From positions 4,912,558 through 4,976,557 of the forward strand of contig CM119267.1 in assembly GCA_051294375.1 (NCBI GenBank): a stretch of DNA of 64,000 nt, written 5' to 3'. The notes beneath the pieces are model-generated. The model saw only the letters and a program-made list of their open reading frames with translations, had not been told where the DNA came from and made no database searches. Both the position numbers and the translations under genes were made by a program. Positions 26,992-40,236 of this stretch are shown one piece after another. The stretch is from Paraspadella gotoi (Eukaryota; Animalia; Chaetognatha). The first letter of the stretch is position 1; each line of letters begins with the position of its first letter.

Positions 26992-27972
26992 GAGAGAGAG
27001 AGAGTGAGAGAGAGAAGAATCAAGAGAGCGGAACAAAAATAAGTAGGGGCGAAAAGATCAGACGAGAAAGATTCGTCGCATTGAAAGGAGGAAAATGAAC
27101 TGCGGCACAGGACTGTCATGCAGAAACGAAAAGGACGAGGGAGAGGGAGAGAGAAGGAGAGAGAGTGAGGAGAGAGAGAGAGAGCACGACGACCACACAC
27201 GCATGCAAGATTTGAGAGGAGAAGATGAGAGAGAGGAGAGTTGGCGGGTCAATGAAAATATGGATTCTTCTTTCTTATACTGTAACTTAAGTTCTTTGTA
27301 ATTTTTTCACTCTCTCTCTTGTCTCTGCGTCTTCGTCNNNNNNNNNNNNNNNNNNNNNNNNNNNNNNNNNNNNNNNNNNNNNNNNNNNNNNNNNNNNNNN
27401 NNNNNNNNNNNNNNNNNNNNNNNNNNNNNNNNNNNNNNNNNNNNNNNNNNNNNNNNNNNNNNNNNNNNNNNNNNNNNNNNNNNNNNNNNNNNNNNNNNNN
27501 NNNNNNNNNNNNNNNNNNNNNNNNNNNNNNNNNNNNNNNNNNNNNNNNNNNNNNNNNNNNNNNNNNNNNNNNNNNNNNNNNNNNNNNNNNNNNNNNNNNN
27601 NNNNNNNNNNNNNNNNNNNNNNNNNNNNNNNNNNNNNNNNNNNNNNNNNNNNNNNNNNNNNNNNNNNNNNNNNNNNNTCTTCCTCTAATGGTCGACGAAA
27701 AAGGCCAACGAATCTCTCTGTCCACTCAACTTTGTCCTCTTCTAAAAAAAAAATAGCGTTGTCCATTTTTTGTGTGGGTTTGACTGTCCTTCCATCGTTA
27801 AGGGGTTCGTTGGCCTCCCCTGGCGGTCGGCGCTCAAATCATTAAGAGTCCGAACGCCCGCGGCACAACTTACCTTTTTGTACCTCACCTTCGCCGAGAG
27901 AGAAACTCATTACGAAAACAAGTGTCAAAATCTTTTAACCTCGAGAGGTTTTTAGACCGGAAGATAAATCTT

Positions 27973-28121
27973 CGGCTCTCTTTAACGAGAGCGCCCAATT
28001 CCTGTTCCTGTAACCATAATAATAATATGAATTTAATTTTAACCCTAAAATTTTAATACCTTAAAATTAACTCGATTTTTAAATTAAGATGAAATGGGGG
28101 GCGTTATGAAAAAATATGGCC
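27973..28121. mobile_element. Short MITE of the GGC...GCC TIR family
   Basis: CGGCTCTCTTTAACGAGAGCGCCCAATT at the left and AAATGGGGGGCGTTATGAAAAAATATGGCC at the right, with ACCCTAA inside. Confidence 0.5.
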
Positions 28122-28454
28122 AGATCGTTGTCAATTTTTATTTGTCTAGAAATTCGACAACCGTTATCTTGCTTTTGGGAGAATTCGCATGCCGTTTCCT
28201 GTCAGCCCTGCGGCCATGCCAGACGACATGCCTTACGACATGCCTGAGCCACTGAAGATCCTAGACGCTTCATTATTTTCCTAAACCTGAGACAGGACTT
28301 AAGAAGGATTATTTATTTACTTTCCAAAACGAGGCTGCTAATAAACTTTAAAGCGTCCCATGTTTCCGGGTCAACGTCGCGTGCGCCATCGTCAACGTCG
28401 TCGCCGTCAGAGGCGCTCGCTTTGTCCAAAACTCGATAATGAAAATAGACTTAC

Positions 28455-28617
28455 AGTCGACATTCCATCGTTTACCAATTTCCAGGGGGCGTAACTTGCT
28501 GATGGAACCGGTCGCCATTGCGTCATTGCCTCATCGAATCTCCAACCCATAAAAATCTTTCCCCTCTCGACGAGAAGAGTCGGGACGCGATCCCGCTACC
28601 TTCTCGGCCACGCCCAG
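28455..28617 (-). CDS. Candidate internal exon, probably frameshifted (...RGKIFMGWRFDEAMTQWRPVPSASYAPWKLVNDGMST)
   Basis: Minus-strand pyrimidine tract with CATTTCCAG acceptor and a GTAAGT donor at 28454. Every frame has one stop, so an indel error or a different acceptor is required. Confidence 0.3.
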
Positions 28618-29724
28618 CTGGAAATGAACGGAAATGTTTACGGAAATGAAAATGAGATTCGGACTTTCGATTGTGGCAGTTGGCCGAAGCCGCTCATCGA
28701 TGGCCTCGCTTCTGCAGCGTAGGCTCTTGATCGCGAAGAAGTGAACGTTCGCCAAAAGGAGTGATCAAAGAACATTCTATTCATCTCAGAAGCTTTCTTC
28801 GAACTGTCGAACAGTCCAAAGCATCTTCCCTGCGCTCACGGGCTTCGATCCCTCGACTTCCGGGTCACCTCGTGACGATCCCATCATCCCGCAACGAAGA
28901 CCTCCGCCTTCCAATCTTCTACGCGTTGGTTTTTTGTCCCCTCCTCCCTTTATTCGCCCCATAAACGTGGGAGGATTAAAAAACCGGGGCGCCCCCCCCC
29001 CAAAAAAAAAAAAGGAAAAAGAAAAAAAAAAGGGAAAGGACACTTCCGACCGTTTCGACCGAGTAACCAAAGGAAAAGCGCGGGGGAAAAAAACCCATCC
29101 TGTTCATCTCCGTACACGACTTTGGCGGCCATTTTAGGTTTTCGGCCATGGGGGGCGGTTGCTAGCGATTGCTAGCGGCGTTACCAGGCCAGTTTGCTAG
29201 GTCCCAGCCCGTCCCGCGCTTGCATCTTTCATGAGTTCGGAGCCGAAGAGAGAGAGAGAGAGAGAAAAAAAAAGGTCAAAATCTCGTCGCAAAGATTTTT
29301 CGGAGATGGCGGGCGCGGCACGCCTCGCCCGAACTGGTATCCATTTTTAAAGATGAGCGTGGGTCTCAAAGACCGCGGAAGATGCAAATGAGGGTACGGA
29401 AGGGGAAGGGAGGGTAAGGTGGAAGGAAAGGGGAACATAGTCTTAAAATTAATGCAGGAATAGAGGGAGGTTATATTTTTTCTTTATTTACATACATTCA
29501 TATTTTTTTCTTTTTTTTTTTTTTTTTTTAGTGTTTTTGTTGCAGAATTAGACGGAATTCGCTGAGCCTTTAGAGCCAAAAGGAAGTTAGGAGGGAGTTC
29601 TAAGAGTCAGAGAGAGAGAGAAGTTCTCCTCTCATTTTATTTTTCTGCCAGTGAGGGCGTGAAATGGAGATTGTGAAGCAGAGAGAGAGAGAGGAGAGAG
29701 AAGAGAGAGAAAGAGAGAGAGAGA

Positions 29725-29767
<43 letters not shown>

Positions 29768-29837
29768 AAGGGAGACAGATGAAGAAATGCACATTTTACG
29801 TCTTAATTTTCTTAAATTTCTTCTAAAAATAAACAGC

Positions 29838-30117
29838 TATGGCAACAGCCGGGTTGGCCTGTGATGCCCATTGGGATGGGCATCCACTGTTGGCCATTTG
29901 GGGGATTCCGACTCAGCTGCGCATCCAGTCACTGGGGAAGCGGTTACCCAGGAGGTCTCGCTTGCCAAACGCAGAGGGAAGTCGTTCTTAAGGACTGTGG
30001 ATGGAAACGACACCGACTAATACAGACGGGCGGCCTGGATGGGTGTGTCCCCCTGAGCCAATGGAATTTGGCTGAACGATGGTGGACGTGAGGCGGTTGT
30101 GAAATATAACCGCCACA
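29838..30117 (-). mobile_element. Hairpin-rich solo-LTR-like/SINE-like repeat, long variant (duplicate at 36286-36565)
   Basis: Inverted homologue of 34363-34592. Its termini read TGTGGCG...TTGCCATA on the minus strand, and it contains several perfect hairpins. Confidence 0.6.
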
Positions 30118-30656
30118 GACCGCCATATCTTAATATTCTTTTTTTTACATGTATGACGCAGACTGTAATGATAATAACACTATACAATGATGTTTTTTTC
30201 CCATCGCTGGGGAGAATTGGATCACTATTAGGTTTGTACTTTTTTGAGTATGACAACTGAAAATTCTACGACACGAGGAAAAATTTCGAATCTATTGAAA
30301 GCGCAACGACCCCGATAAAAAACAGGCCATGGAATGAAAAGACAAACAATAATAACAAACCAAAAAAACATATAAATAAAAATAAACAAAAAAATAAACA
30401 AAAAATAAAACAAACAAAGAGAAAAAACCAAAAACTAAAAAAAGAAAGAATAAAGCCGAACAAACATTAAAATAAAACAAAAATAAAATAAACCAACAAA
30501 ATAATAAAAAGACAAAACAAAAAATATAAATTAAAACAAACTCATTAAACATAAATTAGAACAAAACTCTTCTTCAATTCGTGTTTTTTTTTCTTTCTCA
30601 ATTTTTTTTTTCGGACCGGCGGAATCACATTAAGAGCGCGTTTTATTAATAAAAGA

Positions 30657-30701
<45 letters not shown>

Positions 30702-31347
30702 TCTCTCTCTCTCTCTCCTCTCTTCTCTCTCTCTCTCTCTCCTTCTCTCTCCTCAAAAAAAGATATTAAAGCCCTGAATGATAACCGATGTGTCAAAGTC
30801 CGACAATAATTAAAAATGATCGCGCGGTTCTTCTGCTTTAACGATCTTTAGGGAGGAGATAAGAACGAGAGAGAAGAGACAGCGATGGCAAATGGCAGAG
30901 AGCCCTATACGAAAAAAGTTTGTTTTCATCATTAAACAAAAAACAAAAACGTGAAAGAGCGGAAAGTAACACGATCGTGAAAAAAAGAAGAATCAATCCG
31001 AACGATATTCACGATGATTCCCGTGATCAAGAGAATATGCACTTAGGTATGTATATGAATGTATGTGATCGGTATTTAATACTGCATTGAATGTCCGTTC
31101 ACTTTGGATTTAAATTTACATTGGTGCACGTATTACACACGATAGTCTCTCGGGCGTTACTTCAAGCGTTAACAAGCTCCGAGCGATTCTTTCAAACAAA
31201 TTTTTAAGCAACCAACGAAACAAGATCTTTGGCCGATAAAAAAAAGAAAAACGTTTAAAGTTAAAAGCTGAAATGTTCACTGTGTCACTTATGACTGTAG
31301 CAGTAAGACCTCAAACCGCGCCATCACTAACTATCTTTTTACTTCAA

Positions 31348-31560
31348 TGGAGGACCGGGTAAGAGCACCTCTGTCTAATCGCCGTCCGGGTTCCAATCCC
31401 TCAGACTGAGTACAGACGACAGACCTGGTCAACGTGGGTGGCGAGAACGGTGTCAGCGGTGACGGTTGAAAGAAGGCCATTTCTATATCACCTTGTGTCC
31501 GAACCAAATGTGGACTGTTTAGAGGCTGAGAGAGTGAGGTTGGGTTCGAATCCCCAATGC
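31348..31560 (+). mobile_element. tRNA-derived SINE-like heads with two B boxes (duplicate at ~37858-38075)
   Basis: An A-box-like TGGAGGACCGGGTAAG is followed by the B-box-like GGTTCCAATCC (31389) and a perfect B box GGTTCGAATCC (31543). There is no intact cloverleaf. Confidence 0.5.
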
Positions 31561-33923
31561 CACTAATGACTCAAAGACAATCCCGCAGTCGCTATTTCAA
31601 CCCGAATTTCATCCAAAGCTTTTTAGGGTCACTCTTTTTAAACAATCCATGATTGTTTCCAACTCATATATAAACTTATAAGAGACCTTTCGATTTTTGA
31701 TTGCAGATTCACCTCCAAACTCACATATTCATTCCTATATTTCTTTTCCGGAGGCAAAAAAAAAAAAAGAAAAAAAAAAAAGTAAAGAAAGTAATAGAGT
31801 CGGATAAGCAAAAACTGGGAAATAGACATGAAATTGACAATCGCGGAGCCCCTCGTTTTTGCAAAGCCCACCTTACTTATGCCCAGAACGTTTTCTCCTC
31901 TCATCTTCTCTTTCTTCTCTTCCTCTCTCCTCTCTCTTTCTCTCAATCTTCTCTCTTCTCTTCTTATCTCTCTCTCTCTACTCGTTCTTTCTCTCTTTCT
32001 CGGGTCTTTCCTCGCGGAGGGGTCTCGCAGATCTTTCTCTCTCTCTCTCTCTCTCTCTCGCTTTAAATCAGAGACCCGGGGTCAGACGTTTTCCTCTCCT
32101 TACCATTTCTGTCTCGTTGTTTCACGTCGTCGTCGTCGTCATCGTCGTCTTCGTCGTCGTCGTCGTGTCGGTCGTCCGTCAAGTTTTTCGTCCTCACTTT
32201 CTCTTTTTTTCATTTCTCTTCATTTTTTTGTTTTGTTTTTGTTTTTTTTTGCTGCATGTTTTCTTGCTTTCCATCGTAGTTGTCATCAACATCATCATCA
32301 TCAATCATCATCATCCAACACATAACATTCACAATCCATCGGTTGTCGTTTATAATTTGTCAGTCACATCATCCAAAACATATTTTCCTCTGTTTTTTCC
32401 TCATAAAACCGATGACATTTTTCGTTGTTTATTCGTCGTCGTCGTCATCATCGTCGTCGTCGTCCCCTGCTGCGGTTGTTCTTCCTTCAAATCAATCAAC
32501 AGACTCACAATTTCTCTTTTTACCAAAGAAGAAAAAGAGCACGACGACGACGACGACTTACATAAAAATCATTCGGTCTCTAAGATTTACGGAGTTTCGT
32601 AATGACATCGCTTTAAAAAATAAATAATCGCGTTTTCTTTAAATCCAAAGTCTTAATAATTAGTTGGGTTATGAAGAATGCAGTTATGACACTCGTGTGC
32701 GTCATGCTTTCTACTGAAAGAAAGAAAAAAGAAAGAAAGACAAGAAAGACGAAAGAAAAGAACGAAAGAAAGAAAGAAAGAAAGAAAGAACGAAAGAGAG
32801 AAACGCAAAGAGAAGAAAGAAAGAAAGAAATAGAACCGAAGGAGAGAAAGGAAGAAAGAAAGAAAGATAAGAAAGAATCGAAAGAGAAGAAAGTAAAGAA
32901 AAGAAAGAAAGAAAGGAAGAAAAAAGAAAGAAAGGAAGAAAGAGGAAAGAAAGAAAGAAAGAAAGAAAGAGGGAAAAAAAAGAAAAGAAAGAAAAGAAAG
33001 AACGAAAGAAAGAACGAAAATAAAGAAAGATAAAACTAAGACAAGACGCCGATGGAGTATAATGGAACTTCTGCCCCACGTTTTTTCAATCCCGTCGCGT
33101 GACAGAGCTAAAACCGTCAGTCTTCTTCCTTCTCTCTCAGCTCCTCTCTCTTCATCCCAGTCTGTCGCTGCATGATATGCATCGGTCTGTCGTCTTCAAC
33201 GGTTCGTCGTCATATTATTGTGACACAGTCTCGTCTCTTTTCTCTCTCTCTCTCCTCTCCTCGTGGTCCATTCCCCAACCCCTTTTAAAAAATAGCCTGA
33301 CTTACACACTCAATCGAGCGCACGGCCACACATCTCTTCCCCCCACACATAGGATTCTCGCCCACACAGGGAGAATCCTTGAAATCTTTTTTTTTTCCCC
33401 TCTTCTCCCTCCCATTGGAATTCTGAGGTCGGATTCGAAGAGTCGCTAATTAACTTGCAGGAAAGCCGCGTCTGGCTATAGACTATGATGTTTGATGAAG
33501 ACGTCAGGAAAACGAACGACGACGACGACGACGACGACGACGAGATGACTGATGTTGCTGATCAGAGTTATTCCGACTCTGATTTAGTAAATGGGTTTTT
33601 TGTTTTTAAGTTGATAACGACAACCATTACGACTAACGATAATAAAGGACGCACCGTATTCACTCTCTCTCTCTCTCCTCTTTCTCTCTCATCCTCTCTC
33701 CTCTCTCTCTCTTCTTTTCTCTCTCTCTCTCTTTCCCTCTCTCTCTCTATTCTAAGACCCTCATTTCTTCGCTTTCCCCCTCAGTGATAGGCCTCAAAAT
33801 ATTGGAATAACAAGTGAATGAACAAAACGCTTAACGGAAAACACAAATAAGAGTGGAAAAAATCAATAGATAGATAAGGCACCGAGAAATTTTTTATTCA
33901 AACATCTTTTTTTTTTACGCAGA

Positions 33924-33960
<37 letters not shown>

Positions 33961-34362
33961 TTGACGTTTTAGAGTAAAAAGAAGAAAAGAAAAATAATCG
34001 AATCAGATAGGAAGAAATTAGATAAAGAAAAGAAAAATATCGAAAAAATAGATAGGGAAGATTAGATAAGAAAAGAAAAAATATAAAAAGACAAAGTCGA
34101 AACGTGATAATGAAATTCGGCTAGGTGACTGAGCGAGACATGAGAAAGGATTTTAAAAACCCTTGAATTGTAGCAACTGATTTTATTATGTAGAATAGCC
34201 TGTGTCGGCGGATTGGATCGTGAATGCCCATCTGTGGATTCGAATACGCGGGGAGACTCATTATGGCGAAAATGGGATAAGCAAGTAAAAGATGATTATC
34301 TTCTTCCCTTTGTCTTTTCTTAGTTTATTATTTATCTTTTCAATCCATAGTCAATATCATAT

Positions 34363-34592
34363 TGTGGCGATTATATTCACACGACTCACCATCACTATTG
34401 GCAACACCGTCCCAGGCGTTTGGTGACTGCCAACAGTCCTAAACTTAATTCCCTTCCTGCAGTCTGGCAAAGCGAGAACCAGCGCCCAGTGACAGGCAGG
34501 CGTCACGAAGAGTCCGGAGAAGGCCCCAAATAAGTCAACACTGAGATGCCCCATCCCAATGGGCGTCAACAGCAAGCCCGGCTGTTGCCATA
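34363..34592 (+). mobile_element. Hairpin-rich solo-LTR-like repeat flanked by ATAT (duplicate at 40806-41016)
   Basis: Starts TGTGGCGA and ends TTGCCATA (6/8 inverted match), with ATAT on both sides. Homologous to 29838-30117 in the opposite orientation. Confidence 0.6.
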
Positions 34593-36172
34593 ATATCATA
34601 TAATACATATTATCATCACATACAATTAAAAGAAATTGGTACTCAAAAATACAAAATTCACAAAACTACAAACAATCTACAAAAATAATCGAAATCTAAT
34701 GGTGACACATATATGTAGTTTTCATTTCAGCTATTTTATTTTTCTTTCCTCTACTTGTTTCGATTGTAGACTCGTTTTGTTTAACTGTGTTTATCCTTTT
34801 CCAGTAGGCTGTTTCGCATCCTCATTTCTCGGGGTTTTGTTATTCTATCGTCTCGTTTCCTCATTTTACTTTCACGTGTTTTCCGTGCTCCTCTCTGCGT
34901 AGTTTTGTTTTTAAATCGTCCTCCTTTTTTACTGTTATCGTCCTTTCCTATCCACTGTTTAATTTTTTTCTCTCTCTCTTCTTTTCTTTCCTTTCTTCCA
35001 TTTTCTTCCTCATTTTTCATATTCACATTCGTTTTTCATTAATATTCTCATTCGTATTAGTTTTTTTTTTTTTTTTTTTTTTTTTCGCCGCCTCTTGTTT
35101 CTCCTTCCGTTCTTCTTTCTTCGGGGGCATTCTTCTTGAATTTTATCCCCATCATTTTTCCTTCTTCTTTTTTTTCTTCTTTGTTTTTCTTTCTAACAAA
35201 ACTATCCCTTATCCTTCTCTCTCTTTCTCCTCTCTCCCTCGTACCGCAGAAGCCCGACGATCGCTCCGATCTCCTCTTGCTCATCCTCTCTCTTCTCGTC
35301 ATCTCTCTGCTCTCTCTGTCTCTCTCGTCATCTTCCTTTTTTCTCCTGCTCTGATCTGGTGAGTCAGAGGAGAGCATCCATATTTTACTTCCTCGCCAGA
35401 AACACTATAGGAATCCTCTGCAAAAACCTTGTCAATAATTTCCCCAACCCTTACTGTCGAGCCTTCACATTTCTCATCCCCGCCGCATTTCTTTTCTTCC
35501 TCAGGTTCCCNNNNNNNNNNNNNNNNNNNNNNNNNAAAAAAAAACCCATCCTGTTCTCTCCGTCGACACTTTGGCGGCCATTTTTAGCCGTTTTCGGCAT
35601 CGGGGGGCGGGTTGCTAGGCGTTGCTAAGCGCGTTACCAGGCGTTGCTAGGCTCCCAGCCGCCGCGTCTTGCATCTTTCATGAGTTCGGAGCCGAAAGAG
35701 AGAGAGAGAGAGAAAAAAAAAAGGTCAAAACCTCTCGTCGCAAAGATTTCGGAGATGGCGGGCGCGGCAGCCTCGCCCGAACTGGTATCCATTTTTAAAG
35801 ATGAGCGTGGGTCTCAAAGACCGCGGAAGATGCAAATGAGGGTACGGAAGGGGAAGGGAGGGTAAGGTGGAAGGAAAGGGGAACATAGTCTTAAAATTAA
35901 TGCAGGAATAGAGGGAGGTTATATTTTTTCTTTATTTACATACATTCATATTTTTTTCTTTTTTTTTTTTTTTTTTTAGTGTTTTTGTTGCAGAATTAGA
36001 CGGAATTCGCTGAGCCTTTAGAGCCAAAAGGAAGTTAGGAGGGAGTTCTAAGAGTCAGAGAGAGAGAGAAGTTCTCCTCTCATTTTATTTTTCTGCCAGT
36101 GAGGGCGTGAAATGGAGATTGTGAAGCAGAGAGAGAGAGAGGAGAGAGAAGAGAGAGAAAGAGAGAGAGAGA

Positions 36173-36215
<43 letters not shown>

Positions 36216-39200
36216 AAGGGAGACAGATGAAGAAATGCACATTTTACGTCTTAATTTTCTTAAATTTCTTCTAAAAATAAACAGCTATGGCAACAGCCGG
36301 GTTGGCCTGTGATGCCCATTGGGATGGGCATCCACTGTTGGCCATTTGGGGGATTCCGACTCAGCTGCGCATCCAGTCACTGGGGAAGCGGTTACCCAGG
36401 AGGTCTCGCTTGCCAAACGCAGAGGGAAGTCGTTCTTAAGGACTGTGGATGGAAACGACACCGACTAATACAGACGGGCGGCCTGGATGGGTGTGTCCCC
36501 CTGAGCCAATGGAATTTGGCTGAACGATGGTGGACGTGAGGCGGTTGTGAAATATAACCGCCACAGACCGCCATTTTAAAATTCTTGTATTTTTTACATG
36601 TATGACACAGACTGTACATGTATACACTATACAATCGATTTTTTTTCATCGCTGGGAAGAATTGGAAATCATATTATGGTTATTGTTTTTTGAGTTGAAA
36701 CTGAAAATTTACGACACGAGGAAAATTGAATCTATTTGAAGCGAAACGAAACCGATAGAAAAACAGGAATGGAATGAAAAACAAAACCAAATAAATAACA
36801 AAACAAACAAAACATATAAAATAAAAAATAAACAAAAAATAAACAAAAAATAAAACAAACAAAGAGAACAAAACCAACAAAACTAAAAAAAAGAAAGAAA
36901 TAAACCGAAAACAAATTAAAAAAATAAAACAAAAAAATAAAATAAACCAAACAAATAAATAAAAACAGACAAAAACAAAAAATAAAAATAAAACAAACTA
37001 AAAACAAAAATAAACAAAAACTCTTCTTCATTGTGTTTTTTTTTTCTCTCAATTTTTTTTTCGACGGCGGAATCATCATTAAGAGCGCCGTTTTTATTAA
37101 TAAAGACGTTCTCTCTCTCTCNNNNNNNNNNNNNNNNNNNNNNNNNNNNNNNNNNNNNNNNNNNNNNNNNNNNNNNNNNNNNNNNNNNNNNNNNNNNNNN
37201 NNNNNNNNNNNNNNNNNNNNNNNNNNNNNNNNNNNNNNNNNNNNNNNNNNNNNNNNNNNNNNNNNNNNNNNNNNNNNNNNNNNNNNNNNNNCAAAAAAAG
37301 AATTAAAGCCTGAATGATAACCGATGTGTCAAGAGTCCGACAATAATTAGAAATGATCGCGCGGTTCTTCTCTTTAACGATCTTAGGGAGGAGATAAGAA
37401 AGAGAGAGACAGAGACAGTCGATGGCAAATGGAGAGAGCCTTCGAAAAAAGTTTGTTTTCATCCATTAAACAAAAAACAAAAACGTGAAAGAGCGAAAGT
37501 ACACGTCGTGAAAAAAAGGAAGAATCATCACGAATATTCACGATGATCCCGTGATCACAGAGAATATGCACTTAGGTATGTATGAATGTATGTATGTATT
37601 TAATATGCATGAATGTCCGTTTCACTTTGGATTTAAATTTACATTGTGCACGTATTACACATGATGTTCTCGGCGTTACTTCCAAGCGTTAACAGCTCCG
37701 AGCGATTCTTTCAAAAATTTTAGCACCAACAAACAAGATCTTTGGCGATAAAAAAAAGAAAACGTTTAAAGTTAAAAGCGTGAATGTTCACTGTTCACTT
37801 ATGACTGTAGCAGTAAGACTAAAAAACCGCGCCATCACTACTATCTTTTACTTTCAATGGATGGACGGGATAAGGCACCTCGTCTCAATCGCGCGTCCCG
37901 GGTTCAATCCCTGACCTGAGTACAGACAGACCTGGTCAAACGTGGCGAGAACGGTGTCAGCGTGACGGTGAAAGAAGGCCATTTCTATATCACCTGTGTC
38001 GAACCAATGTGGACTGTTTAGGGCTGTGTGAGACTGCGTAGGACCAGTGAGGTTGGGTTCGATTCCCCATGCCCTATGACTCAAAGACAATCCCGCAGTC
38101 GCTATGTCACCCGAATTTCATCCAAGCTTTTTAGGGTCACTCTTTCAAACAATCCATGATTGTTTCCAACTCATAACTTATAACTTATAAGAGACCCTTT
38201 CGATTTTGATTGCAGATTCACCATCCAAACCTCACATATTTCATTTCCTATATTTCTTTTCCGGAGGCAAAAAAAAAAAAGAAAAAAAAAAAAGAAAGAA
38301 AGAAATAGAGTCGATAGCAAAAACTGGGAAAAGACATGAAATTGACAATCGCGGAGCCACTCGTTTTTTGCAAAGCCCACTTACTTATTGCNNNNNNNNN
38401 NNNNNNNNNNNNNNNNNNNNNNNNNNNNNNNNNNNNNNNNNNNNNNNNNNNNNNNNNNNNNNNNNNNNNNNNNNNNNNNNNNNNNNNNNNNNNNNNNNNN
38501 NNNNNNNNNNNNNNNNNNNNNNNNNNNNNNNNNNNNNNNNNNNNNNNNNNNNNNNNNNNNNNNNNNNNNNNNNNNNNNNNNNNNNNNNNNNNNNNNNNNN
38601 NNNNNNNNNNNNNNNNNNNNNNNNNNNNNNNNNNNNNNTCTCTCTCTCTCGCTTTAAATCAGAGACCCGGGGTCAGACGTTTTCCTCTCCTTCCATTTCT
38701 GTCTCGTTGTCACGTCGTCGTCGTCGTCATCGTCGTCATCGTCGTCTTCGTCGTCGTCGTCGTCGTCGTCGTCAAGTTTTTCGTCCTCAACTTTCTCTTT
38801 TCTTCATTTCTTCATTTTTTGTTTTGTTTTTGTTTTTTTTTTGCTCATTTTTTTGCTTTCATCGTAGTTGTCATCAACATCATCATCATCATCATCATCA
38901 TCAACATCATCATTCACATCATCGTTGTCGTTATATTTGTCGTCAACATCATCAAAACATTTTCTCTGTTTTTTCCTCATAAAACCGATGACATTTTTCG
39001 TTGTTTATCGTCGTCGTCGTCATCATCGTCGTCGTCGTCCCTGCTGCGGTTGTTCTTCCTTCAGAATCTCACAGACTCACAATTTCTCTTTCTTTCACCA
39101 GAAGAAACGACGACGACGACGACGACGACGACGACTACATAAAATCATTCGGTCTCTAGAGATTTACGGAGTTTCGTAATGATCGTTAAAAATAAATATC

Positions 39201-40009
39201 GGTTTTCTTTTAATCAAAGTCTTAATAATTAGTTGGGTTATGATGATTTGAGTTATGACACTCGGTTGCTATGCTTCTACTGAAAGAAAGAAAGAAAGAA
39301 AGAAAGANNNNNNNNNNNNNNNNNNNNNNNNNNNNNNNNNNNNNNNNNNNNNNNNNNNNNNNNNNNNNNNNNNNNNNNNNNNNNNNNNNNNNNNNNNNNN
39401 NNNNNNNNNNNNNNNNNNNNNNNNNNNNNNNNNNNNNNNNNNNNNNNNNNNNNNNNNNNNNNNNNNNNNNNNNNNNNNNNNNNNNNNNNNNNNNNNNNNN
39501 NNNNNNNNNNNNNNNNNNNNNNNNNNNNNNNNNNNAAGAAAGAAAGAAAGAAAGAACGAAAGAAAGAACGAAATAAAGAAAGATAAAACTAAGACAACGC
39601 CGATGTGATATAATGACAACTTCTCCCCCACTTTTTTCATCCCGTCGCGTGACAGAAGCTAAAACCGTCATCNNNNNNNNNNNNNNNNNNNNNNNNNNNN
39701 NNNNNNNNNNNNNNNNNNNNNNNNNNNNNNNNNNNNNNNNNNNNNNNNNNNNNNNNNNNNNNNNNNNNNNNNNNNNNNNNNNNNNNNNNNNNNNNNNNNN
39801 NNNNNNNNNNNNNNNNNNNNNNNNNNNNNNNNGCACGCACACTCTCTTCCCCCCACACATAGATTCTCGCCCACACAGGGAGAATCCTTGAAATCTTTTT
39901 TTTTCTCCCATTGGAATCTGAGGTCGGATTCGAAGAGTCGCTAATTAACTTTGGAGGAAAGCCCGCGTCTGGCCTTAGACTATGATGTTTGATGAAGACG
40001 TCGAGGAAA

Positions 40010-40049
<40 letters not shown>

Positions 40050-40165
40050 TGATGATGATATTGCTGATCAGAGTTATTCCGACTCTGATTTAGTAAATGG
40101 GTTTTGTTTTAAGTTGATAACGACAACCATTACGACTAACTATAATTAGAAGGACCACCGTATTA

Positions 40166-40236
<71 letters not shown>

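Noticed and set aside
31500-31560. Functional tRNA gene
   Set aside because: It has a B box only. No acceptor, D or anticodon stems could be paired, and the two assembly copies disagree.
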